From contig CAZOGW010000003.1 in assembly GCA_964579415.1 (NCBI GenBank), positions 7,759 to 71,758 of the forward strand: 64,000 bases of DNA, in the 5' to 3' direction. The notes beneath the pieces are model-generated. The model searched no databases, had not been told where the DNA came from, and saw nothing but the letters and a program-made list of their open reading frames with translations. The position numbers and the translations under genes are program-made. This stretch comes from an uncultured Acidimicrobiaceae bacterium (GTDB taxonomy: Bacteria; Actinomycetota; Acidimicrobiia; Spongiisociales; UBA5794). This document shows, in pieces, positions 28,025-36,640 of the stretch (position 1 is the stretch's first letter; each line of letters begins with the position of its first letter).

Positions 28025-31000
28025 TCAGTACTTCGGTGCCATTCTCTCTGCGTCTGTCGGAGGCGGAAAGTCCCTTGGGGAGAAGACCGGGCCATCAAGG
28101 ATGCGATCCAGAAGATCCCGAGCAACCGGCGTCACGTCGATCGTGTTCTGCAGGATCGATATGACAGCGAGGAGTTCGTCCGTGAAGACCCACTCCACGT
28201 ACCGGATGTCGTCGAGGGGGCTGGACTTCCTGCCCTTGCCGCCCGCCATTCGGTTTCCGAGCCAGGATTGCAGGACTCTGAGCCCGGAAACCTCGAAGTC
28301 ATAGACGTCTTGGCTTACGGGCGCGATGGCCCCGTTTCCCACTAAGAGCTCGGATGTCTTAGAGTCGTACCCGAACGTTGTTGGCCTCCCGCTGATCCGT
28401 CGAACTTCCCTTGTCGAGATCACAAGCTCATCCTGCCTGCCGCGCTCTCCGAACGTGTGCCACCCGATCAGGTCACGACCGAGCGCGACGGTCTCGTCGA
28501 AACAGCCGACGTCCTTTGTAATCGGGATGCGAGGGCCCGTGGTGAGCGCAGCAACTTCCTTCGCGAACCGATCGCTGTAGGCGCCGGTCCCTAGGATGCC
28601 GTAGACATACGCAGCCACATCCTCAGGTTCGATACCTGCGCGAAGTTCTTTGCGCAATAATTCCAGGACTCCGCTGGCAACGTTCGAGCTGGTCCGGGCC
28701 GCGTCGCGCCATAGGGGCATCACTCCCTTGTCGCCTCGGCCGCGAAACGCGTGGCAGTCAGGTACATCGGCGAAGGCCATCAGTGCGGGCCCGGCGCCGA
28801 GTGGCGACATCACGAGGGTTTGGAAATAGATCTGCTGGTCACTGGAACAGCCCCACAGCTGCGGCCGCAGGTAGTCTCCCAGGCGTCCATCGGGCATGCA
28901 CCATTCTCGATCAAAAGACCGATAGGCGTATCGACGAATGGTAGGTACGGGGCTCGTCGCCGGCAGCGCTTCGATTGGCGCTAGGGGCGTCCCGGTCAGC
29001 ACGTCCTTGTAAGGCTTCGAGGCCTTTCTGTCACGAGATTCCTTGAGCAATGCGCCGCGGCCCGCTGGCTCGGCAGCCATAAGGGCAGACCAGCGACGCA
29101 CAAGGTCGTCGGCTGACTCCGCTATTGGCCATGTGCGATAGAAGTGGAGGCCGGTCTCCCGCCAGGGGAAGAGATCGGTAAGAAGCGGGAGGGAGTCGAA
29201 GCTCGTGTCGGCTGCGGGTAGGAACGACGACGCGCATCCACCCTCGATCGTGAGCCAACTGGGGTCGGCTTGGTCAAGTCCAGCGAGGTTGTCGAGCAGC
29301 TGGAACTTGGTCGCTCGGTCACCGCGGATCCTCCGGTAACGGATCTGCGTGCGCTGTGGGCCCCGAGTTCGGTAGCGAACCCCGACACCTATAACCACGG
29401 GGGTCAGCACGCCGTCAAAGACGTTGTCCTCCCTGTGGACGCCCCGCCCCTCGCCCCCCAGGTCGACGAGCCACAGTTCGTCGAAGGTCTTTCGCATAAA
29501 CTCGCGCATTCCCGCGAATGCGGGGCCTGCAAGGAATGAAGAGGGCGAGATGAGGGCAATAACTGCTGGCCCCGGGCTTTGCTCACAGGCCTTCCAGATT
29601 GCCCAACGCCAGAAGTAGACGTAGTCGTTGTAGAGGGACTTCGCATAGACCCCCATACCGTCCCGCTTCAGGGGCGCAATAAAATCTCGGATAAGACCGT
29701 AGTCATTCGTCAAACCGTGATAGCGAACAAGTCCGCCCTTTCGCCTTACGGTGGACTTCGTCTGCGACTCGTCGCGATCATAGGGCGGGTTTCCTATGAT
29801 CACCGTATGGTTACGCTCAAACTTTCTCTCATTTGCTCGGTGGCCCTCGAGAGAGATAGGGTCGTCGAAGATCTCCAGAACTTGTGAAGGTCCTTCCAGT
29901 GTGTCGGTCAGGAAGACTGGAACCGAGACGTCTGACACGCCGACTTCAAGCTGAATCTTGAGTTGGGAGACTGCGTACGAAGCGAGTGAAACCTCGAACG
30001 CTGTGTACCGGTCGAGGACGTCCTCCGCAGAGCGCCCTACTCCTCGGGCCGCCTTGAGCCACTGGACCAGGAAGGTTCCAGTTCCGTTGGCAGGGTCGAG
30101 GGCGTTCAGGATGGGGTCGCTCGGGCGCGCTAATGGGGGCGCGTCCCAACACAAGTCCTGCCATGTGGATTGGTCTGCGATACCGCGTTGCAGACCTACG
30201 GACATCTTGAGGGCCGTGTCCACAGCGCGGATCATGAACCGAACGACGGGCAGCGGTGTGTAGTACGCCCCGAGATTCCTGCGCTGCTCCGGGTCGTACT
30301 GGGCCAGAAACTCCTCGTAGAAGTACACGACCGGATCGTCACGCTGATTATCCGCACCGAAGTCGGCGAGCAGCTCGTCGACGTCTGTCCTCGCCAACTC
30401 CTCCGCCAGCTCGTTGAGCCCGAGCTCGTCCACGTCGATGATGCCGTCGGAGTCGTCACGGAAGCGCGAGTAGATGGCATCGAGGAAGTCGTTGTCGAAC
30501 CGCAGCGTCGAGACGGACTGCTCGACCTTGAACTGATCCGGGTGGGCGATCCGGGCTGTCAGCAGGCCGTAGACCATGGTCTGCGCGTAAACGTCTGCAA
30601 ACCGTTTGGGTGTGAGGTCGCCGAGTAGCTGGGTACGGACGTCCTGAAAGAGCGCTCGAATCGGCCCATCCTCCGTCTCGACCTCATAGAGCGCGCGGAC
30701 CTCGTCGCGGACGTCCTGGGCTACTTCGGCCATGCGCCGCGACAATGCTGCCGCGGATCTGATGCCTTCCCGATATCCGTGGAAGCCGTCGCCGGAGTCG
30801 GGGCTCAGGATGATCCTCGGACCTGAGCCGGGCGACCAGACCAAGTCCGGCACGCCGCGGCGAACCAGAAGGTCAAGCCGGGTACTCGTGAGCTCATCGC
30901 TCCATGACATGACCCGCAGGACGCGCTTGCCGTCCCTCTCTCGGAAGTTCACGACGTGCAACAGCTTCTCGTGTCCATCAGAGAGGCAGAAGAACAGCAG

Positions 31001-31363
31001 GTCGTTGAGGGACCACTGGGCGTGAGTGCCGCTGCCTGTGCGGGCCCGCTCGTTCTTGACCAGCCGATGTACCAGACGTCGGATCGCGCCGATCGGGAGC
31101 CGGCCACCTTCGAAGTCCAGGACGAAGGTGCCGAAGCCTTGGTTCTTCGTCAGGGGCGGGATCTGCGAGATCCGCTTGAGATTGGCGACCTTCTCCGGGT
31201 CGAGATGGAGCTCCTCCGGCTCCCACGCCAACTCAAGTTCATCCCATGACATGCCGTCAGGGATCGGCCAATCGAGCCCGTTGAGCAGCAGATCGAGCAG
31301 GTGATCGGCTGAGGTGGGAGCCGCTCGGAGCAGCTTGCGCATGCGATCCTCGGCGACGCTCAT
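28025..31363 (-). CDS. Large gamma-class N6-adenine DNA methyltransferase (PglX / DrmMI / type IIG-like), 1112 aa
   Basis: LGAYYTPLPVVRFMI; motif I LDPANGTGTFLV; motif IV IIGNPPY. Long unknown N- and C-terminal extensions as in PglX. Overlaps the upstream gene by 4 bp (31360-31363). Confidence 0.85.
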   Translation of the reverse strand: MSVAEDRMRKLLRAAPTSADHLLDLLLNGLDWPIPDGMSWDELELAWEPEELHLDPEKVANLKRISQIPPLTKNQGFGTFVLDFEGGRLPIGAIRRLVHRLVKNERARTGSGTHAQWSLNDLLFFCLSDGHEKLLHVVNFRERDGKRVLRVMSWSDELTSTRLDLLVRRGVPDLVWSPGSGPRIILSPDSGDGFHGYREGIRSAAALSRRMAEVAQDVRDEVRALYEVETEDGPIRALFQDVRTQLLGDLTPKRFADVYAQTMVYGLLTARIAHPDQFKVEQSVSTLRFDNDFLDAIYSRFRDDSDGIIDVDELGLNELAEELARTDVDELLADFGADNQRDDPVVYFYEEFLAQYDPEQRRNLGAYYTPLPVVRFMIRAVDTALKMSVGLQRGIADQSTWQDLCWDAPPLARPSDPILNALDPANGTGTFLVQWLKAARGVGRSAEDVLDRYTAFEVSLASYAVSQLKIQLEVGVSDVSVPVFLTDTLEGPSQVLEIFDDPISLEGHRANERKFERNHTVIIGNPPYDRDESQTKSTVRRKGGLVRYHGLTNDYGLIRDFIAPLKRDGMGVYAKSLYNDYVYFWRWAIWKACEQSPGPAVIALISPSSFLAGPAFAGMREFMRKTFDELWLVDLGGEGRGVHREDNVFDGVLTPVVIGVGVRYRTRGPQRTQIRYRRIRGDRATKFQLLDNLAGLDQADPSWLTIEGGCASSFLPAADTSFDSLPLLTDLFPWRETGLHFYRTWPIAESADDLVRRWSALMAAEPAGRGALLKESRDRKASKPYKDVLTGTPLAPIEALPATSPVPTIRRYAYRSFDREWCMPDGRLGDYLRPQLWGCSSDQQIYFQTLVMSPLGAGPALMAFADVPDCHAFRGRGDKGVMPLWRDAARTSSNVASGVLELLRKELRAGIEPEDVAAYVYGILGTGAYSDRFAKEVAALTTGPRIPITKDVGCFDETVALGRDLIGWHTFGERGRQDELVISTREVRRISGRPTTFGYDSKTSELLVGNGAIAPVSQDVYDFEVSGLRVLQSWLGNRMAGGKGRKSSPLDDIRYVEWVFTDELLAVISILQNTIDVTPVARDLLDRILDGPVFSPRDFPPPTDAERMAPKY

Positions 31364-34300
31364 CGGATCTCCATCCAGCAGAGCGTCTTGGGGCTGGGTG
31401 CGTCGAGTGGCAGTTGTGTCTCCTTGCGCAGTCGCTTGGTCTCACCACGCTCGAATTCGCGCAGCGTAGCTCGGAGGCTGGATCGGTCACTAAACGCTTG
31501 CGCTTGGTCAGTCGGTTGGGCGGAGATAGCAGCGTCGACGGTGTGCAGGCCCCGCTCGACGCCGTCCGAGGTGCGCAGCGCCCACTCCACCGCGCCGGTA
31601 TCGAGCGTCCATTCCGAGTCCGCGTCGTCGTCGTGCGCCTTGGTCAGGACGGGCACGCGGCGGCAGATGAACACTCCAGACGGTTCGCCGGTCTTCGCCA
31701 CCGAGATACCCTCGGGCAACCGTTCGATCAGCTCCTCCAGGCCCGGGTCGTCCTTGACCAGCTGAAGCCATGTGAGGCGGAGCGCCTCGATCGGGGCGAT
31801 GTCGCCGTCGTATTCGTCCTTGAACGCCTGGAAGACCTTCACGTCATCAAACATGTCGCTCTCGTCGAAGAGCTTGCCGCCAGGTATGCCGAGGGCTTTC
31901 GAGATCATGAGCGTCTTGTTCTGAACTCGGTTGTAGAGCGTGAGCAATGCCTCGATCTCTGCGGGCGGAAGGAAGTTGCGGATCTGAATGTGCCCTCTGG
32001 ACTTCTTGGCGGACGGCTTCTCCCGGATGAGCTGGGCCTCGATGACAGGGTTCATCCGGCGGTCTACACGACCGATGCGCTGCATGAGCCGCACCGGGTT
32101 CCAGTGGATGTCGTAGTTGACCAGCAGAGTGCCGTCCTGGAGGTTCACACCCTCGCTCAGAACGTCGGTGGAGATGAGGACTCGAAGAGGGGCGAGGGTC
32201 CTGCGGTCGGCTGCTGAAACCTTGTTGTAGAACGGGGCGAACCGCTTGATCATCGCGTAGCGGTCGTTGCTGCGGGTCCCGTCCAGGCGGTCGATATCGG
32301 CGACGCCATCCTTCCTGAGCTGTTCTTCGAGGTAGCGAGCGGTGTCGGCAAACTCCGTGAACACGATGACCTGTTCATTGCGGAACTCTGGAGTGAAGAC
32401 CGCCTTGTCCAGGGTCCTGATGCCTGCCTTGGACGGTCCGAGCAGCAGGTCGCGCAGGCGCAGGTACTTGTCGTCGTACCCGGCACCGGCGAGGGTCAGG
32501 TCCATGAAGCGGTTGAGCTGGTCGAGGTCCTCGAAGGCAGCGTCGATCATCTCCTGGAGGTTGTACTCCCCACCCACGAGGTTGACGCCCAGCTCGCCCA
32601 GCTCCTCCTCGGTGAGATCCTCCTCGTGCCAGACTTCTTCGAGCGTTGAGCGGTAGCGGTCGTGGATGGCCTGCAGCGTCGAGTCATTCGCAGCCCGCCA
32701 GTCGGCGAGCCGCATCTGCTGATCGGGGTCGATCCTTGTGTTGACGTCCAGCCAGTGCAGGATCTTGGCCGACAGATCCAGACAGGAGCCAGCGAATGCG
32801 GCGAGGCTGGACTCGAACCGCTTCAGGAAGATGGTCCGGATGAGGGCGACGACCTGACGCTGCCGGTTCTCCGCCACCGTGTCGACGTCTTCGTCCTTCG
32901 AGAACGCCAACGGGTAGTACATCGGCAGGACGAACAATGGGGTCTTGCGGTTGAAGGCATTTTGAAGTTCGGTGAAGAGCGGGGAGTAGAGAGCGCCGAA
33001 CTCGTACTCCACGACGCGAGGGACCTGGGTCTCTGGGAATACCACGTCCGCGCCGCCAACGATTCGCGAGCTCTCGATGGCGTATTTTCGGCTGCTCTGG
33101 TGGATGATCGATTGGAACAGCTTGTCCCGTGACATCAGGCCCGCGATGGCTGCGTGGTCGGGCACGTTGCTCTTGAACGGCTTCTCCAGTTCGACGGTGT
33201 ATTTGCGCAGACTGTTGACGCCGATGCTGGCGAAGTGGTCGTCGGCGTCGACCCCGGTGAACAGCTCAGCCTGATGCACAAGGTCGAAGAAGGAGTTGTT
33301 GATAGGTGTCGCGGTGAGCAGGAACACGGTCTTGCCCTGGCAGATCTCATGCATCCGCCACCATCGAGAACCCCACGGATTCTCCTCTGTGGGGGTCTTG
33401 CCGTGGTTCCGGAAATTGTGGGCTTCGTCGATGATGATGACATCGGCTCGCTCGGCGAGGTGCTCGATCTCCGCGAGACCCTGCTTGGTTGTCAGGTCGG
33501 TGTGCGCCCGGACAAGCACGTTGGAGAACTGGCCGAACAGCGAGGGAAGCTTCTCCTTGAGCTCGGGGCTCCACACGGCGTCCTGGCCAGTCTTGGTGGC
33601 CATGATGAGCACGTTCTTTCGGTGTCGCACCGCGTAGTACTCCGTGAGCATCAGGCCGACGAAGGTCTTGCCCAGCCCGACGCCGTCAGTGAGGAATCCG
33701 CCATTCCACCGTCGTGACATCTCAATCAGTGCGTGGAACGCCTCGCGCTGGTACGGCGCCAGCATCGGGTAAATGACGGATTCGGATTCCTCCCAACTCT
33801 TGTCGGTCTGATCCACGTTCGCCGTCAGTGCATGAAGCGCCTTCGCATAAACCTCGAACGGAGTGAACCCGCGGATGTTGTGCTCTAGCACCGACAGTAG
33901 CTCGGCATTGACAGGGGTGGCCAACTCCCAATGCTGCTCATACCATGACTGCAGGTCGGCGACCTCCGGGCCCTGGAACCTTACATTGAGCTCGACGTTC
34001 TGCGTCAGTCCCGGGCGGGTGAAGTTGGAGGAGCCGACCAATGCCGCGGAGCCGACAACCTTGAGCTTGCTGTGCGTGATGTATGCCTTCGCATGGAACT
34101 TCTTCGGCTTGTAGACGCGAATCTCGATCTTGTCGTTGCGGATGCCATCAACGACAGCTTCTATGCCGGCCAGAAAGGCGTCTCCGTTCTGGCGCTCGAT
34201 AACGATGGATGTATCGAGCGCGGCTGCGATTGCGTCTGCGGTCGTGCGGCTAGTCTCGCCGCCGATGAGAAGGCGGATCTTGTTGACCTTCTGCCAGGCT

Positions 34301-34446
34301 CCATCCAGAGCGAGGAAGGCTCCGATCTCGAAGTGCCCACTGGCGATGTCTATCGCCGAACTGATGTCGCACCACTCTCGGACGTACTGCAGCGCCTTCC
34401 ACTCCTCGTCGGTGTTGTCGACGATGAACTGCTCAGGAGTCGCCAT
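31360..34446 (-). CDS. Phospholipase-D-family (HKD) nuclease domain fused to SNF2-family helicase (DrmC+DrmD-like fusion), 1028 aa
   Basis: N-terminal KFHAKAYITHSKLKVVGSAALVGSSNFTRPGLTQNVELN is a PLD HxK(x)4D...N motif. SNF2 motifs GFLTDGVGLGKTFVGLML (I), DVIIIDEAHNFRN (II) and VFLLTATPINN (III). C-terminal helicase lobe LRVLISTDVLSEGVNLQDGTLLVNYDIHWNPVRLMQRIGRVDR. Confidence 0.85.
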   Translation of the reverse strand: MATPEQFIVDNTDEEWKALQYVREWCDISSAIDIASGHFEIGAFLALDGAWQKVNKIRLLIGGETSRTTADAIAAALDTSIVIERQNGDAFLAGIEAVVDGIRNDKIEIRVYKPKKFHAKAYITHSKLKVVGSAALVGSSNFTRPGLTQNVELNVRFQGPEVADLQSWYEQHWELATPVNAELLSVLEHNIRGFTPFEVYAKALHALTANVDQTDKSWEESESVIYPMLAPYQREAFHALIEMSRRWNGGFLTDGVGLGKTFVGLMLTEYYAVRHRKNVLIMATKTGQDAVWSPELKEKLPSLFGQFSNVLVRAHTDLTTKQGLAEIEHLAERADVIIIDEAHNFRNHGKTPTEENPWGSRWWRMHEICQGKTVFLLTATPINNSFFDLVHQAELFTGVDADDHFASIGVNSLRKYTVELEKPFKSNVPDHAAIAGLMSRDKLFQSIIHQSSRKYAIESSRIVGGADVVFPETQVPRVVEYEFGALYSPLFTELQNAFNRKTPLFVLPMYYPLAFSKDEDVDTVAENRQRQVVALIRTIFLKRFESSLAAFAGSCLDLSAKILHWLDVNTRIDPDQQMRLADWRAANDSTLQAIHDRYRSTLEEVWHEEDLTEEELGELGVNLVGGEYNLQEMIDAAFEDLDQLNRFMDLTLAGAGYDDKYLRLRDLLLGPSKAGIRTLDKAVFTPEFRNEQVIVFTEFADTARYLEEQLRKDGVADIDRLDGTRSNDRYAMIKRFAPFYNKVSAADRRTLAPLRVLISTDVLSEGVNLQDGTLLVNYDIHWNPVRLMQRIGRVDRRMNPVIEAQLIREKPSAKKSRGHIQIRNFLPPAEIEALLTLYNRVQNKTLMISKALGIPGGKLFDESDMFDDVKVFQAFKDEYDGDIAPIEALRLTWLQLVKDDPGLEELIERLPEGISVAKTGEPSGVFICRRVPVLTKAHDDDADSEWTLDTGAVEWALRTSDGVERGLHTVDAAISAQPTDQAQAFSDRSSLRATLREFERGETKRLRKETQLPLDAPSPKTLCWMEIR

Positions 34447-34761
34447 CTTGCTCCCCTCGCCTGCTTAGTGCCTCTAGGACTGCGAGTGGCTGTGTTCTTG
34501 GTGGATTGGCTATGTCGGGCCGTTGCCGGCCCGAGCTTGTGACGGTAGCGGGCTGCGGCGTCGATCTCCACCGGGGGTGATCTGGCGAACTGGGCACTTG
34601 CTGGCGTCCGAGGTCGTTGGAGGTCAGCACCGATCGCCGAGCATCCCGTAAGCCCGGGACTGAGTCCGCCGTGATGAGGCCGGGAAGGCCGGGCGCCGCC
34701 CGCTCCGTCGGGGCAGCTCTGCGGTCGACTTCCGAGAAGTCGAGCTGCAAAGCTCACGCCC

Positions 34762-35001
34762 ATGGCCAGCAAGCACGATCTCCCCGCGTGGGTCGTCGAG
34801 GCGCTCACCGAACTGGGCGGTTCCGGAAGCGTCGTGGAGGTCTGCGAGGTGATCTGGCGTCGCCACGAGCCTGAGCTCCGCACGTCACGCGAGCTCTTCT
34901 ACGCGTGGCAATACGACGTCAGGTGGGCGGCACAACAGCTGCGCGATTCCGGCCGACTCCAGCCGATGGCCGGAAGGAGGGGTCCCTGGGAGCTCGCCTG
35001 A
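34762..35001 (+). CDS. Small winged-helix protein (79 aa), Mrr_N-like wHTH
   Basis: LPAWVVEALTELGGSGSVVEVCEVIWRRHE...WQYDVRWAAQQLRDSGRLQPMAGRRGPWELA follows the pattern of the Mrr N-terminal winged helix. Confidence 0.4.
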   Translation: MASKHDLPAWVVEALTELGGSGSVVEVCEVIWRRHEPELRTSRELFYAWQYDVRWAAQQLRDSGRLQPMAGRRGPWELA

Positions 35002-35141
35002 GCAGGCAACGCCCGAGCCTCACGTCCCCATGAGAACGTTCGCTTATTGGTCGCGTGCCTCTTCGCGGTGGTCGATTCAGGGTCAGCAAGCTTCGATGAT
35101 CGTGGCCGGGCGATGTAGGTCCCTCGGGGAAGTCATCGACG

Positions 35142-35747
35142 TCAGTGACCGCCGGCGACCTTGAAGCCCAATCCCGCGAGTCGCTCGGCGGTTGCGCTCT
35201 CCTCGGCTTTGGCCTGATCGCGATCGAACAGCGGGCCCACCGGCTCTAGGTCCGGGCGTCGTCGCAGGAAGTGCTTGGCCACCACAGGTGAGTAGAGCTT
35301 TCCATGAGCTCCGACCGCGAGAGTCCGATGCTGCTCGATCCGGCGGTCCACGTCGATCGCCGTCTCCCCTACGTAGACCCAGCCAACAGTCCCCGGGGGA
35401 CTCGGACTCAGCTCGACGACGTAGACGCGCCAGAGGCGCTGATCCCGGTTGACGGTGAAGCCGAGCCCGGCCAGGCGCCGACAGGCGTCCCGTCCCGTCG
35501 CATCACTCGGATCCGCGAGGTCGGGGCGCAGCCTCTTGACACGTTCGCGAGCCCACTTGGGCTTCCCCCTTCCCGCCGCCAAAGCACCCAGCTTCGCCTC
35601 AGTGTCGAGCGTCAGGATGACGACCAGGTTCGGCCGATCACCCACTCGGCGGGGCACGACATCATCGACTTCGATGATCGCCAGACGCAGCGCAGGAACA
35701 GCCTGAAGGCCACCGCCGGTGGGCTGAGAGGTCGCCTCGCGTGTCAT
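35142..35747 (-). CDS. Hypothetical protein with a possible GIY-YIG-like nuclease core; start uncertain (the track ORF extends to 35894 through a low-complexity P/R/S-rich leader)
   Basis: WRVYVVELSPSPPGTVGWVYVGETAIDVDRRIEQHR reads as GIY...YIG...R..E.H. RLAGLGF occurs twice, the second copy at the C-terminus. Internal Met MTREATS taken as the start. Confidence 0.4.
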   Translation of the reverse strand: MTREATSQPTGGGLQAVPALRLAIIEVDDVVPRRVGDRPNLVVILTLDTEAKLGALAAGRGKPKWARERVKRLRPDLADPSDATGRDACRRLAGLGFTVNRDQRLWRVYVVELSPSPPGTVGWVYVGETAIDVDRRIEQHRTLAVGAHGKLYSPVVAKHFLRRRPDLEPVGPLFDRDQAKAEESATAERLAGLGFKVAGGH

Positions 35748-35871
35748 TAGCTGCGATCCTCGCTCGGGCTGGCGGTGACCCATGAGAGATCGGGGATTCG
35801 CCACCGGGCGCGGGGACCCTTGTGGCGAGGGACGCGGGCGCACGGACGGCGTGGCATCAGTCGCGCGTGCC

Positions 35872-36519
35872 TCACCAGCGTCTCCAAGTGTCACGGCCAG
35901 ACAGCTCCATGGATGTCACGAAGTCCGCGGCCGCCAACAACCCGGGGCCGTTCGCGGTCTGAAGGGGTAACGGCGCGCTGTCGGGGCTGCTCAACCAGAA
36001 GTGTTGTTCGGCGGCGCGGAAGTCGCTGTCAACGACGACCAGCCGACCCTCCGGCCATTGAACAGGTTGGTCGATAGCGTGGAACAACGTGTGGAGTTCC
36101 GCGCTCATCCTTCGGACGTCCGCTGCAGCCCGCTCCTCGTCCATGTAGACCCCACCCCAGCCGCGCTGGGCGAACACTGCGGCTCGATCGGTGACGATGA
36201 GGTAGGTGATGCCGTAGGAGTTCGCGCCATGACCGCAGTGGCCGAGGTAATAGCGCTGTCGCCAGTCGCCGTCCACGAAGCGCGACACCTCGGGAGAGAG
36301 AAGGTAGGCATCCGCCACGGTTGCAGTCTCGGTCTTGCTCCAGCCGCGCTCGTGTAGAAGGCAGCCCCATGCCCATTCGTGGTAGTGCGACAGCTCTGAC
36401 GCGAACCGCGCAGGGACAAAGGGCTCGCCCAAATCCGCCCGCCGCCATCCCGTGAACGACTCATCCACGTCTGGTGACAGGGTCGGTTCGTCCATCAAGT
36501 CGTCGGAATCGGATGCCAT
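35872..36519 (-). CDS. Hypothetical protein (about 215 aa from MASDSDDLMDEP); unknown function
   Basis: The ORF 35872..36759 has an R-rich low-complexity leader, so an internal start is preferred. GC-rich third codon positions. Confidence 0.4.
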   Translation of the reverse strand: MASDSDDLMDEPTLSPDVDESFTGWRRADLGEPFVPARFASELSHYHEWAWGCLLHERGWSKTETATVADAYLLSPEVSRFVDGDWRQRYYLGHCGHGANSYGITYLIVTDRAAVFAQRGWGGVYMDEERAAADVRRMSAELHTLFHAIDQPVQWPEGRLVVVDSDFRAAEQHFWLSSPDSAPLPLQTANGPGLLAAADFVTSMELSGRDTWRRW

Positions 36520-36640
36520 CCTTACCTCCTGGCGGTGTCGAGTCGCTTGAGCTCTGTGACGCCCCGGGCGCTCCGATCCGTCACGTCGGCGAGTGCGCTC
36601 GCCCTCAGCGACCTGGGCTCCGGGCAGTCCCCCCACTCGG

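Noticed and set aside
28025-34446. Calling BREX on the basis of the PglX-like methyltransferase
   Set aside because: No PglZ, BrxC/PglY, BrxL or BrxA/B homologs are apparent in the window. The partner is a PLD-SNF2 fusion, which points to a DISARM/R-M-like relationship instead.
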